Source of the DNA: Phoronis australis
Taxonomy: Eukaryota; Animalia; Phoronida
Assembly (NCBI GenBank): GCA_002633005.1
Contig: NMRA01000134.1
Location: forward strand, 224,204-288,203
Direction: 5' to 3'
Length of the DNA: 64,000 nt
The position numbers and the translations under genes are program-made. Below are positions 48,170 through 61,745 of the stretch, piece by piece. Below the pieces are notes generated by a model. It saw only the letters and a list, made by a program, of their open reading frames with translations, searched no databases and had not been told where the DNA came from. How positions within the stretch are numbered: position 1 is the stretch's first letter; every line of letters begins with the position of its first letter.

Positions 48170-49243
48170 AGTATTTTGCACCTCCACGAGACTTTCAGTC
48201 AGGGGAGAACTCTCAGGACCAAAAGCGGATGGGTTAGGGTTTTATGCTCCCAATCTAACACAGATGCACAAAGATTTGCACTGAAAAATGGGTACAACTG
48301 GAGTTTACTCATCACCTCCCCTCTCTCAGGGACAAAAGAAAAGTACAAAATACATTTCAAACATGACGAAATCGTTTGTTTTAAGAAGCCAATACCTTGT
48401 TAAGTAAAGGAGCCACAGAACCTTTGCTTCTTCAAAATGAGCGCGACGAATTTAACTCCAGCTTTTCACAGTTGGTATGAAATCCGTGGGTCATCGTGGG
48501 TCATCGACCTATCCTGACTTTACGTATCCACAATGATTTTATTGTCAAAAGGCATATTTGAATAGAAATTCTCGGTCCAGTCAAGAAATTAGCCTCTCGA
48601 CATGCAGGACTCTTAAATGCACATGGCGCTAGGCCCACTCCTGCGCACTCGTGATTTTAGCGTGCTCCTGTTCGATCGACATCCTCTCCACGGGTGCTCA
48701 TCAATATTTAAGCGACTGTCACGGGTAGGTCCGCGTAGTAGCCATTCTTGTGTCTTTCCGTACTCCGACGACAATTTACTGAGGTTTTCGGGCAAGATTT
48801 TTGCTTTCCAAAAACTGACGTCGCGTTTGCATTAACGTGCTTACGACCTGTTTAGCTACGACCGGGCTTACGACCTCGGATAAAACGGTCCCAACATTTT
48901 ACTCGCCACCTTCTGTGGGGGTCTTAGGCAAAGCATCTGTTGTTATGAGTTCCATTTGGTGATCCCTTTATCCAAGGGACGCTCAGGTCCGATGCACCAA
49001 TGATGGGTTAGGGACCATGTTGGAGATGTGCAGGACCAAGGGTAGTGGGAACAGAGCTTGAGACCTCAGCACGTAAATTGCCTTGGAGCTGTTGGCTACA
49101 TTGTTCTTGTCATACAATACTGATCAGGTGCGACAATTCACAAAGAAACCGAGGAGCTTGACGTTTCCCTGTCTGTGCTTGCTTGTTTGGAAATTTCAGT
49201 AAGCTAAGGAAAACTACACCTTAGGGGCAATCTCGAAAATTAA

Positions 49244-50863
49244 AGGAGAATGCCACTCAAAAAACAACCCATTTTGTATCAATTTAGATCGAGTAGTTCT
49301 ACTCGACAACGGCACGTTCGGTTGCGTCACCTGACTCCTGTTGAAGGAGTTGAAATTATCCAATGACGTAATTGGTTTCACACACGGTCTGTTCAGCAGT
49401 TCACAACACGGGTTACTGGTGTCAGTTTATCGCTTAAATTCATCGTTTAACACCAACAAATCATCAAACTTCGATGTAAAACCCTTAAAAATACACTGAG
49501 TTCTGTTGTTTTATTTCGCTGTTACGGATTTACTGGTATTTGAACACACCGTATTCTACAAAGTTCGGCAGGCCCCATTAATTTGTCCGTAGCACCGAGG
49601 AGTTTGGGGTCTGTTCGGAGATAAATTCGAAATATTCTTCCGTGAAATACAGACAGAAGAGCCTCTATCTGTGTTGTTTAAATTGTGATTTTTTGAGTTC
49701 TAAACACACAAAACGCTTGTTATCCCGGCCAGTGGCTCGGAACCCGTTCAGGCCCGTCGCGGCCGCCGCGTCTGGCACGAACATAAACCAGCTTGAGTTG
49801 GAAACTAAACCTCCAGTCACGAAAAGACTATAATAATAGTGAGCAAAAGAAATAATGTGCACGTAATTTTATGTGCATTAGCATCGAAACTCAGTGAAAA
49901 TCTACTTACTTGTCGGGGGCCGCGATGTCGGGTTCCCCTTCCACAGACTACCAGTAACAATAATTTGAATAATGTATTTGTATTTCTAAATAAAGATTCC
50001 CCTAACATGTGACCATAGCATATAAAATCGAGTAATTGTTTCACAACAGCTTTCTGTCAGCAAACACTGAATTAGCATGCGCTCACACGGCTTCGGTGCC
50101 CGGTCAATTACCTTTGTTGCCGGCATCAAAAGCCGGTTACGCAGTGGTTTATTCATTGCTGGCTTCTCAAAACAATTGCACTCACGAGCACTCCAAGGCA
50201 TTACAAATTGTATCTAATGAGACAGGCTTTGTTTCAGTTTCGTATAAGCATTGGTTAGGACTGAGAATAATTCATTTTAAACAGAACACAGAATAATAAA
50301 CGTCTACTAATAAACGGCAACTCGCCCCGCGCCAATCCCGACTTAGTCAAGAGCTCAGACTTCACGAGTCGGATCGTTAGGTTTCATTGGCTATCAGTTC
50401 AAACCGGAATACACTGATCAAGAAATACTAGAGCCCCCGCGAAAATGCACAAGCAACGGAGCGTATGGATAGTTCTTTGGTAAGCCGGAATTCGTCAGAG
50501 AAATCACTGTCGACGAAATGCCGACCACAAACACGGAGATGTTTCACGGCCTCATACTTGCTATTAACAGCCTACCTTTCATTCTTCACTACCTAAGCAT
50601 TTTGGGCTCTCGAGGAAGTTGAATAAACGATATGCCCGCTTTCTTTGCAACTTCGTAGTTCGGACAAGCGGGAACGATGCACCGCAATATAGCGGCATTC
50701 ACTCTGCAGACGAACCACTGACGTCACTGCGTCCTTTCTCACCTTCCTCACAGGTTAACGCGACACCTCTCGGCAAGGTGAGGTCGACCGTATTAAGAGA
50801 CGATGTGGATATAGACCGATTAAGACGGTAAAAAAGACTAATTAAATCGGGTGGCATTCTCCT
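49244..50863 (-). mobile_element. Non-autonomous Kolobok-like DNA transposon, copy 3
   Basis: Ends AGGAGAATGCCAC / GTGGCATTCTCCT. TTAA at 49240-49243 and 50864-50867. THAP region (about 50440-50700) disrupted. Confidence 0.85.
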
Positions 50864-51309
50864 TTAAGGCGACCGGGCGGCTTGAATATTGTGGTTTGTT
50901 GAACATGCGATTATTGCGCGTGCTCATTTAAGTATTCTATTTTCACTCTTGATGACGTCAGTCGCTGCATGGTGTAGTTGTATCTGCCATTTGACGCTAA
51001 TATTGTGGTATAACTCTATTTCTTAAATGCATTCTCTTAGACATGATTTTTTACGTATGTAAGAGTGTATTTGGACCTGCATGTTCAGCTGACTAAAACA
51101 AGCATCAAATGAGCCACTTGCTCTCACAATATACCTTTCCGTGACACGATTCTATTTCCGTTACCGTCCGAGACACAATAAAACGCTTCAAAGTTTATTA
51201 GGGTTGTCCAAACCAAAAATTGTGAATTCGAAAACGGTGCAGATGCCTTCACGCTAACATATCATTAGATGCTCCATGACTTCGCCGGTTCCTCCGACTC
51301 AACCGGCTA

Positions 51310-51990
51310 TCAGAATCAGGTTCAGAAATGCTTATTGCATGTAGGTCTTGGCCTCATAATAGAGTTTACATTACAATTACAATGATAAAATTTCAGCTCT
51401 AGCACTGTTGTTCTTGAAATATATAACGCCAGGCTTTTTCAGTACTTCTCAAACGTCATGGCTTTGAAATAATCTTACTATTCTGGCATCGTCTGTCGTA
51501 TTCGTCAACAAATTTGAGCTCTGTGCACATCACCAAGGACAGGACCGTGATACATAAAATGAATCTTGTTTTCGATTTGACTAGTATTGCATATTCCACT
51601 AATTCTTTCATCCTCGGTTAGAACTGCGTGCCACCCTGTTTCAATTTAAAACTTGTGCACTGAGCACCTAAAACGAGCAAGTATTTTCCTTAGGTACGGG
51701 TCTAAAACGTACACGTATTTTTACACTGTATTTTTGTTTTGATAGTACAATAGAATTGATATTTAGTCAAATTATTTATTATAGAGTTCCAACTTTGTAC
51801 GTCACATTCAATTAGCCTCTGATGAAATTCTGTAAAGAATAAATCTAAGTCACCCGGTCTGTATAACCGTACCTCTCCAAACCTGTTGGTTTTCAGTAGC
51901 AATTTTACAGAATATGCCCAGTTGTGCTTACCGCCGTCCTCATTTTTTTGAAGGAGGTCTTCCTGCAATTGTAAATATGTGTTAAACTGT
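51310..51990 (-). mobile_element. 3' fragment of an RTEX-like non-LTR retrotransposon
   Basis: NWAYSVKLLL..FGEV..QRL..QSW, then LARFRCSVHKF*IETG..ERICGICN..IENKIHF. 3' tail TCTGAACCTGATTCTGA. Confidence 0.7.
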
Positions 51991-53984
51991 GATATTGTGT
52001 TTTCATATGGCGAAATAAAGTATCCAGATATCTATATATCACATTGTTGCTGTAATATGTAACACTGAATTGGCCTTATCCATGAGGCTTCATCTGAAGC
52101 AGCCTTCCTTGTCCAGCAAACAATAGGCAAGTATACAACATGTATCTATCACATTCGCCCTCAGCCATGACATTTGGCGTCTTTTTATTTAGGCGCAAGG
52201 CATATGCATACTTGCAGAAATCCTAATGAATACAGGGGCTACATAAGACATCTGATTGATCCTTGATGAAGACTTCGTGACTTACAGACTAATCGGATGT
52301 CTTATCCGTTTGACCTGACAGAACCGACGAAGTCAATCAAGTGTAGCCAGTATACCTACAGTTGTTATCTCGAGCGTGAATAGGGAGGTGGTAGTTCTTT
52401 TGGTGTAGCGGTATCATTGACATCTATTAGAGCCAAGGACATACAATGGCGTGACAGGCATGTGTTTTATGATAGTGAACAATTTAGTATAAGTGGGAAT
52501 CATTATTTTCAAATTATGAAAAACCTGTAGGCTTTATCTGTATAATGGAGGTTCGGACACACATTTTTATTGACAGCTCACTACGCGGTGAAGTGGAATA
52601 AATATCACCGACTAGTCACAAATTGCTTAGCGAATCGTTAGAAAGTTTCAGACGGTTTCGTGATTAGCAGCTGCCGATGGCTTTGACTTTTATTGAGGCT
52701 GAAAAACAACGTGTTGTTGATAAATCAACAGACAAAAAATCTGTGACAATTGGCTGAAAACATTTGCTATCCGTTTTTTTAAGTCGTCTGCGTTTACTTT
52801 GTATTCTTGGAAGACATGGCTTACGAAAAAATAACTGGTTTGTTTTCCTCGTCCCGTGCACCGGCAGGCGACACAGACGTTGGGATTCAGGTACATGCAC
52901 GTGTCATCTTCCGAAAATATGCGACGATTGATAAACGGTTTGTGATACCCGGTATTTGTAATGAGTAAGGGCACACCTAGAGAAAATGTTCTAAAAGTAT
53001 AATTCATCTGTAACCGTGTGGAAACCGGGTTTTCGAAAAACACATACTTTGAAATGATAAATTTCGATCGCTAAAATTTGAAAATAGCAGGAGTTGAATC
53101 ATGAAGCACTTTGCTTTTCCATGCGACAGCACTTTCCTATTTAAACTTACCCTTCACAGAAGCGCAAGAACAGTAATTACATGAATTATTTTTGTAATGT
53201 CAATTGTTGTGGTATACAGTTTAGATATTTTAGAAGCGGAAGGTTGGGAATGACTTTTTGTCGCCTTTTGAAAAAATCTTTCATTTCAGTTGAAATATTT
53301 GGACACGTTTGTGAAGATGAAGAATGCAGTAAAAACGGTAAGGATTCAATACTTACGCTCATAAAAGATCTATGCGAGACACAATTCTGTTCTTTTCACC
53401 AGTTTAGAGCATAAGATAAGCCTTTATATCTAGTAAAGTGTGTTAGTGTACCAACATTTTATAAACGAAATTTTAAGTTTATCAAAAGTTGTGTTCATAA
53501 TGTTGGTGCTCCACATGAAACTTAAAAATTGATCTTTTACGATGTCCTGTTGACAAAACAGCGTTAAGTTTTGGTTGAATTAGTTTGCGTTTGAATTCGT
53601 TTCATGAAGTTTAGTTCTTAATTTTAGAGAAAATGTGTCTGTAAACTGCAAACCAGTAAAACAGGCAACTCCAGGATATAAATTTATAAATAGTAATTTG
53701 GGTATTCTGTACTTCTTGACGTGTTGATCAGATGAAAGTAAACAAGTTCGAACAGTTGTAAATCAGGTGAGCGAAAGCGACAGTGACTGAAATGATATCC
53801 TGTGCACCCTGCTAAGATATTTCATTGTGCTAATCCTAATAAAATAAGAGGCTAATTTTTGCATTTAGTGGAAAATTACCTGCGATTGAGTACATACGAC
53901 CGGCCATCTTTGAATGGGTGACCTGGGTCAAGAAATTAGAGAGGATCAACCAGATATGTTTAGAACTGGGTTAACTTGTTATCA

Positions 53985-54420
53985 CATACACGTTGAATAA
54001 GTCGAGTGCAATACGGCCATGTGATGTTGTTTTCCGTATTGCACTCCCGGAACTACTCGAACAGTGTCCTCTAACATGGAAAGTTCAAAAGGTAGGTCAA
54101 CGATTCGACGTCGTTAGGCCGGTTCGATCATCAAGCTTTCCCAAAAGTAATAAAATTGCAGCAGTATAAATAACACTCAACATGCAACACGGTCCCAAAG
54201 ATAATATTTGGCGCAAAACTTAGTCATATAAGGCTTCCCAGTTTTATTTGCTAAATATTATGTCGTCTGCAACTTAGTCGCCGATTCCTCGCTAAGTACA
54301 ATGTTCAATATTGTTGTTATTTAATTATCCTCAGGAAATTATACAAGTTCAATGCACAATTACTGTCGTTTTCTTCTATGTTATCTCTTTTCAAGTAATA
54401 ATATAGTCACATTTAAAACT
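53985..54420 (-). repeat. Dispersed repeat family A, partial copy
   Basis: GTTGAATAAGTCGAGTGCAATACGGC..CGCCGATTCCTCG..CAAGTTCAATGC, collinear with 20930-21390. Confidence 0.75.
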
Positions 54421-55741
54421 GCTTCTGTGCTACACGTATAGCACCGCTTATTGCAATTACAAACTATGGTATTAGCATGGTACCTTTATGGTGTGTCGAG
54501 ATGTATCAAAACATAATACACGAGAATACTGGGTCAGATTGCTCACATGACAGTGCGCATGTCTGCTCAGAATTGCGCTGATTTTGCGGACGGTTGTTAT
54601 GTTTCATCCATGATGTTGGCAATGGAATGTTTATTGTCGTAATTTGGCTCCATTGAGACAAGTCTGCCACAGGAAAGTCAAACTCCTGGCGGGAGACGAT
54701 GAAGATAATGAAGTTTAGCAGCTACTTAAGGAAGGTCAGTAGCCTTAATAATTTTTGCGTAGTCAAGATTTTTTCGTAAATCTGTGAGTGTTATCATGCA
54801 AAATTATAGGGTTTTGCATTATTTTGGGACCTGCACCTGGAGGGTTTTTTGTGCATTATTTGTCACGAGAAGAGCACACACTTGCATTGTTAGCCACGCT
54901 TTAATATTAGTTGTTTTGACTACTGTATTGATGAAGTACTCAATTTCTTTTACAGGAAGGACAATCGGACGAAGAGTTTGAAGCATTTCTGTCTGACATG
55001 CTGGAAGACATTCGAATTTCGGTACCTCCATCGGTGTCTCATTATCTGAACTGTATTGAATATGGATTTTTACCATTAAATCAATGTTCATCGTAGCTGC
55101 GTTATTGCACTGAAAGTTGTGCGGAAAATTACTTGAGCAAGGTTGAACTAAAAAGGAACGTGTGGGTTTATTAACATTTATTATGAGTTGGTTCTTCGTA
55201 GGCGTCTAAATTCCTTGTATTGACTTTCTGTGAAGAAATCTCAGAAAGTTGAACTGTCATATTTTTACTACACGAATTAAACAGCAGTTTTGAGAAAACA
55301 TTTGTAAGTTTTATCTCTTCAACAAAGAGAAATACTAATTATACGATTTTTGGGGAGGTTGGGAGCACAAAACAGAAGGTATACTTACTTAACTTAGATG
55401 TTCAAGTGACTGTGGTTAAGTGTTGTTATTCGTTCTGGACGGAACTAGAAACAATTAATTTTACAAAATCAATTTTAAACAAATACAAACCGATGTCAAG
55501 GACAATATTAGGTTATGTATGGATTTTGGCCTCGGGAAACTTTGCTCTCTCTCTATACAAGGTGATATGACCGGTCGATGGGTCTGTATTTGTTTTATTA
55601 TACGACCATTGATACTTATTTTCTCTGATTTCTTCTTCTCTTACTTGCCGATTCCTGCCTAGATGCACTGACATAACTTTGTTTACTCGATCAGGTGTTT
55701 TCTGCAGCGTGCAGTTGGTGTAACAACAAACAGCGACACCT

Positions 55742-56907
55742 GCAGCCGATTTCATAAAGGTGGTTTAAAGTTAAACCTGGTTTAAACTGGACTTAGACCA
55801 GGTTTAAAGATAATCTGCATTTCATAAACGTGGTTTAACTTTTACACCAGTGGTCTAGTAAAACCTGGTTTAACTCCAATTTAGACCTGGTTTAAGTCAG
55901 TTTTCATTTCACCAACTAGGTCTATATTCTTTAGACCTGTGTTAGATCTTGAACCATGTTTAACTTTAGACTTGGTCAGACCCAGGTTTAACTGTTAAAT
56001 ATGTCAGACTTGCATGGTATAGGTGCAACTGAATGATGCCGCGGAGTGCATTTGCGACGCAGTTTTAGAGCAAAAATGGACTATTTTTACAATATTCAGT
56101 TTTACTACGATCAAGATCAAACGTAGCAGGGGAGGATCCAGGATTTTTAAGGGGGGGGGGTGGTCAAGGACTTTTTGAAAGGGGGGACCAAGTCAACAAT
56201 TTGAAAATTAATTATAGATTTGATATCACTAAAATCAAGGAAAAGAGGGGCTCCGGACCCCTTGACCTCCCTGGATCCGCCTATGCGTAGACCAGTACTT
56301 GCTGGAGTGTGACCAGCGGATTCCTCAGAATACGACTGGTCGAGCAGGGAGTCATCGGATTTGACTTAAGGCAGCATCCTCTGATTCTTCTGTCTGAGTT
56401 CCACCTCCACTGTTCTCCGATTTAATGTTGCCGGGAAGGGGTCTTGCCCCCCCCCCCTAGCCGTGAAAAATAAACACTAAAATGACAAGGAAATAAATTT
56501 GGGCATTTATCATGTTACATCTACTCGTAAGCGTGCTCTTTAATGTATGTGTGTTGGGCACAGAAATTACAATTTTCCTGATGAGAAAAGCTTTTAGACC
56601 TTTTTCATAAATGTCTGTACTCAGATTCTACTAGTGTACGCCATTGTATACCCACGTGATCAAGGTTTCATTGAAGCACTTCAATAGTTTCTTTGTTGGG
56701 TTTACCCAGCTCGACACAGTGGGGTGCCTTTGATACTTTAAAGCTGGTTTTACTGAACCAGCTCCCTGGTCTAGCAAAACCAGGCTTTCAGACTCTTAAA
56801 CCATGTTGGTGAAATGCACGTCAGGTCTAAAATTATACCAGGTTTAGGAAGACCAGGTTCAAGTCTTAAACCTGGTTTTGTTAAACCACCTTCATGAAAT
56901 CGGCTGC
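55742..56907. mobile_element. Harbinger-like non-autonomous element with many subterminal repeats
   Basis: TIR GCAGCCGATTTCATAAAGGTGGTTTAA / TTAAACCACCTTCATGAAATCGGCTGC. Repeated AAACCTGGTTTAA / ACCAGGTTT near both ends. TSD not resolved. Confidence 0.7.
56127..56285. mobile_element. CA...TG MITE nested in the Harbinger-like element
   Basis: CAGGGGAGGATCCAGG / CCTGGATCCGCCTATG with 5-bp TSD CGTAG (56122-56126 and 56286-56290). Confidence 0.75.
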
Positions 56908-57315
56908 TGATGCTAAAGCAGCTTGAATGAAAAGTGGTATCACATGGAAAGTTGATTACCGTCGACAACGCCAACTGGATATCATGTTGAGTCCATTTGC
57001 AAGGAGTGGAAACAACATTGCTGTCGTGTTCATGAACTTAGCTCATCACTTAGGAAGATAGACACACGTAACGGGGCGGTACTAGACCATGCAAGGCTAC
57101 CCTCTTCTTCGAACTCGGCGCCGGGACTAGCCTGCAAGTGGTTCCCGGCCTAAACGCAAGATCGCAGGGCAGGCACCTGCTTTGGAAGGAAACTGGACTC
57201 GATTTTGTAACATATTTATTGGGGCGGTGGCTTTGTAGAGATATCATAGCTAGGTGCGAATTAAGTGAGAACAGCCAATCGTAGTTGAATAATGTCGAGG
57301 GACTGTGGAGGAGTC

Positions 57316-58978
57316 CACTGGCATAGCGTGGGGGCAGAGGGGCAGCAATTGTCCACGGGCGCCAACAGAAGTGTTGCGCCGTCAAACCACCAAAACTAAA
57401 AAGTTGTTATGGTTTTCTTGGCTTTTACGGGCGAAAAAATGTTAGGGCACACTGCTCTCCACACAAGCGGGTTGAAGGCAAGGGCATTCAGGCGTAGCCT
57501 TGAGGAGCACAAGAAGGCTGTGTTCCCCTAGCTCAGTGTAAAGAAAAGTCCACCACCTCCCCCCAGTCACAACTTTACAATTTTGCGTTTGGCCCCTTGT
57601 TCACTTCAAAGTGTCCACAGGATACCACTCATTTCTGCGCTCCCCACCCCCCTCCCACCGGTCACCAACAATTACGCTTTTGCTCCATCCGACCCTTGAT
57701 TTCTGGCTACGCCTGTGGGGAGCAAGGGACTCGTCCCACTCCTTCTGGACAGGACCAAAGATACCTTTTTACAGTTAACGTGAACACAGTTCCTTCGAAA
57801 AGTGTGATTGTGGCCCGCTTGCGACATCCTAGATTGGCCATTGTCTCCGGACGCTACAGTTTCTCCTCACAGTTGCCATTAGCTTCGCCAATGTGGTCGT
57901 AGCTTAACCGCCAGTAGCCTAGTTGTCTGTCTACTCGGGGAAGTCATAGACGGCTTACATGTTTTCAGATCGCTGTAGTGGGGGAGGCGTTTTCCCTAAC
58001 CATTTGAATGGGGAAAGACAGCTTCTAGGGGTTCTCTTTTGTAATTTTCCGAAAAACTGTGCGAGATTTCTGCTCTTTTGTAGTCAAATACTGCAGCATA
58101 TCAACGTTCTTCAAAAAACTATTGCAATCCACAAACACGAATCTCTGAGAAGCACCTGCTGATCTGGACTCAATGCGTGAACACGTCATTGGTGAACAGG
58201 GTGTTCTATGTGAAAGTTATCTTCAAGACGGACTGAGGGTGGCGGAAGAATGGACAGATACCACAGAGCGACGTGTGAGGCGAAAGTGAAACTATTGAGG
58301 ACGCTGCAGATGTGGGTCTGGCAAATGAGCATCAAGAACCCACGCAGTAACTGGATTCAAGCACTGAACTTTCATTTCAGCTTCCTATTGGACCTCCATT
58401 CACTGATGTTTGGCCGCTTGAAATCAAATATTCTGCTGCAACGTTGTGTCGATTTTGGTGCCGCATTTAAAGGGGAGTTCAACGGCAACTTCATGAAGAA
58501 ATGCTTTTTAAGAAACGAAAGCACACAAAAATTGCATCCTCACTAGAAATGTTTGTCATGGCCACCATACATTATGGAAAGGATTAATTGTTTCCAAACC
58601 TGAGAACGGCGTTGCAGATGTTGTTGACCATGCCTGTGTTAACAACTTGTGAGATAGTTGAAAGTTACCCAAGGTTAACGATATGTCGAGATCGTCCGAC
58701 AATCCTTGCCTTTCTATCAGCTGAGAAATAGGCACATCATTGATAAATTCGCAGAGCGAAAGGCTCGTAAAGAGACTTTTGAGCATTATAACAGAGATAT
58801 GGACCGCTCAGTATACGTTTTTTTTCATTTTTGTGAACTTTGTTAATGTATCCGGAAAACAGTGTTCATATAGGCCTATTTTTTACTAAAACTTCTTTCT
58901 TTAATTTGGGAAAGATATACAAGGGGCGTGTTGTGGTATTGATGCCCTGGGGCGCCAAAAAGTCTCCGTACTCCAGTG
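57316..58978 (+). mobile_element. Internally deleted hAT transposon with transposase C-terminal remnant
   Basis: CACTGG / CCAGTG ends. Near-TSD GAGGAGTC / GAAGAATC (6 of 8). Remnants FLLFCSQILQHINVLQK, LFPNLRTALQMLLTMPV..CE and IIDKFAERKAR (hAT dimerisation region) at about 57960-58782. Confidence 0.75.
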
Positions 58979-59754
58979 GAAGAATCTGATGGCTAGTCGA
59001 GTAACATCGTCGAGCAGTCATCGCACAACGGAGGTCTTCATACTTTGTTTTAGCTTATCTTAGGACAGGAGTATCAGTTTTCGTAAACTAATTAATACGT
59101 TTACTCTGCAAATGCACTACCTTTATACGTTAACCAGTTTTAATGACTAAATAGGTAGAAAACAAGCAGTTCATCAGCCTTTTTAAATTAGTTGTTTTTG
59201 TTACTTCTGTAGAAAAGTGGTTTGTCTATGGAGAAGTATATCAAGGTAAAATCGGCGACCTCGGGAGTGCTGCATACAGGACTTCTTATAACAACTGTGG
59301 ATTCCTTAAAACAATTAGTCCAAGCCGGAAGAAGTAAGTGTATTTTATCTTTGGCATACTTGGAAGGGAAGGAGGTTTGCCCTCACAATGACGTATAGTG
59401 TATCTTGCAGCCTCATTACCAACTTCTTTTTTTTCAAGCTTCTTTTGCTCGGGCGTGGTTTTAAAAAAGACGCGAAAACAAAAAGTCGGTTGAAATCGGT
59501 TAGTAAAACAACAGGTGGATTTGTGTGCTTTTTTAAGGGGCGTAAATGCCACTCGTGAGAAGGTAATTGGAAAATACAATTAAAGGGAAAGTCAGCATTT
59601 TTGCGTTACTTTTCCTAAAAACACAAATTCACTGTTATCCAACTGACATCTTTCTGTTTGTAGTGTTGTTTCTCCGGTCCTAATTAACGTGTGTAAAAAT
59701 TGGGAGGCGACGCAATTGGCTCAACTATTGTACTCCGTGTACATAACTCAGTTT

Positions 59755-59994
59755 TGTACTCTAACGCTGAGGACCAATAACTGGGTACCAAAATACACCA
59801 CGGGTATTCTTAGACCTTCAGCTTCTATTCCTCTCAAAACTAACTCCAACACTGAGGACAGATAACTTTGTACCACGATACATCACGGGTATTCTCGAAC
59901 CTTTAGGTTGCATTCCTCTCAAAACTAACTCCAACATTGAAGACAGACAACTGAGTGCCAAGGTACACCACGGGTAAGCTTGGACCTTCGTCTT
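59755..59994. repeat. About 85-bp minisatellite, left part
   Basis: CTAACTCCAAC at 59840 and 59925. CACGGGTA recurs with the same period. Confidence 0.85.
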
Positions 59995-61484
59995 TACTAG
60001 ACTTACCTGAATTACCTTCTGTGAGTGGGTTCATAGATGTTGAGCATAAGTCCTTTCCTCGTAGGTACACCCACTGAGGATAAGCTGACGATTATTAGAC
60101 GTGACGTTTCCCGTAATGGGAGGATTTGTGAAGTTTTGTCACAGGACCTTTCCGGTGGCTGGAATTGGACTGACCAAAGGGAACCTCTAGTGGCAGAAGG
60201 CGAAAGCCTTCGCTATATTCGCCGTGCTTTTCCGTTGTGCGAAACACAATATTGCGGTGTCCAAGCAGCTTGACGTCAGGCTCGTAAAGCTTCAGTGGCA
60301 GTATTATCACAGTCTGGCTGCAGAGTTGGTCCCCTTGCTCATTCGCAACAGCATGGCCTGGGACATAGGTACAATACACGTTGGAGTGGGCAGTGCTCCC
60401 GAAAGATGAGCCAGCTGGATAGGAGCAGCCCAGAGTGGATCCTAGTCAGCACAGCCATCTAGTCAGTGGTGAAGATGATCGTCGTCGCATAAGGGCGCAG
60501 CTCAGGGAGGCGCCGGAGGGTTTTTTGGACTGCCTCGAACTCCATACGCGTGTTGTTCGTTTAGATGCCATGGCAACCACGTCCTTCTACAAGTGTCAGA
60601 TCATTCTGATGGAGCCATCGGAGGCCACTGTCAAGGCATCATCCTCTCCTAGCCCCCAGAACATTTGGCGACACATTTGTACACTCTCTGCTGAAGACTG
60701 CAACAACTGGTGGCTCTTCCCATGGTCCTCCAATTGAAGCCACGCTGGTGAGTCGACAATTCGGTGCTGACCGGCCGTGGTGACAGTAGTAGCTGCTGCG
60801 GCAGATACCATGAGTACCTGGACAATCTCCGTCGCACCAAAGTTGTGGAAGGGCGCGGACGCAAGTTCCTAAGGGGTGCTGTTGCCTATGCGGTAATCTC
60901 TTTAAACCCTTTTTCATGATGACTGGATGGAGAGGTGGTCCTTAGCTTGGATGAATTTTCTTGCGACAATTGTCTGCTCTAGGGCTTGGTGATCCGCGGT
61001 GCAAGGTACGCCTACCAGATGACGCAATGCAGCTGCTGGTGTTGACCTGGGACAACCAGTAATGATACGGAGGTCCTTGTTCTGCAGCCGTTCAAGTTCA
61101 CCAAGTTGGTTTTGGCTAAGGTGGATCATGAGAGGGTCGTAATCTACCACCGACAATGTGAGGCTCTTGAATAGCATTACCAAGTAACGCTCATCTGCCT
61201 CTCTGCTGGCTACGGTACGAAGAGCATGAATCCCTCTACTGGCTCCAGTGATGACCTTGTTCACGTGCTCAGTAAAATTGAGCTGACGGTCGAGGAAAAC
61301 ACCCAGGTGTCTGAGTGTCTCAGACGACACAATTGGAACGTCATCGTAGACAGGGCGAGGGAATCTAATCTTTACCCTAAGACGTCCAGATGTCCAGGGT
61401 GCACAGCAAAGCCTTGCACTTCTCACAATTACAACTTGTGCCGTTGCTGGATCAGTAGTTCTTGATATCGGTAAACATTGGCTG
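59995..61484 (-). mobile_element. 5'-truncated I-group (Ingi/Nimb/I-like) LINE: RT thumb plus RNase H
   Basis: LRHLGVFLDRQLNFTEHV..LERLQNKDLRIITGCPRSTP. RNase H motifs VASDGS, FTTD and VPGHAVANEQGDQL. 8-bp TSD TTCGTCTT (59987-59994 and 61485-61492). Confidence 0.85.
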
Positions 61485-61745
61485 TTCGTCTTGTATTCCT
61501 TCGCATGACTAACTCCAACACCGACGATTGACAACTGGGTACCACGATACATCACGGGTACTCTTAGACCTTCAGACTGTATTCCTCACGAACTAACTCC
61601 AACATTGACGACTGACACCTGAGTACCAAGATACATCACGGGTATTCTTGAACCTTCAGCTTGTATTCCTCTCACAACTAACTCCATCACTGAGTACTGA
61701 TTAACTAACTCCAACAGTGAGGACTGATATTCTCACAACAAACTG
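61485..61745. repeat. About 85-bp minisatellite, right part
   Basis: CTAACTCCA at 61509, 61593 and 61678. Same unit as 59755-59994. Confidence 0.85.

Noticed and set aside
52255-52342. Second hammerhead candidate (TTGATGA.. hairpin)
   Set aside because: It forms a simple inverted repeat with no GAAA core after the stem.
59755-61745. CRISPR-like regularly spaced repeats
   Set aside because: The whole 85-bp unit repeats with no unique spacers, there are no cas genes, and the context is eukaryotic.
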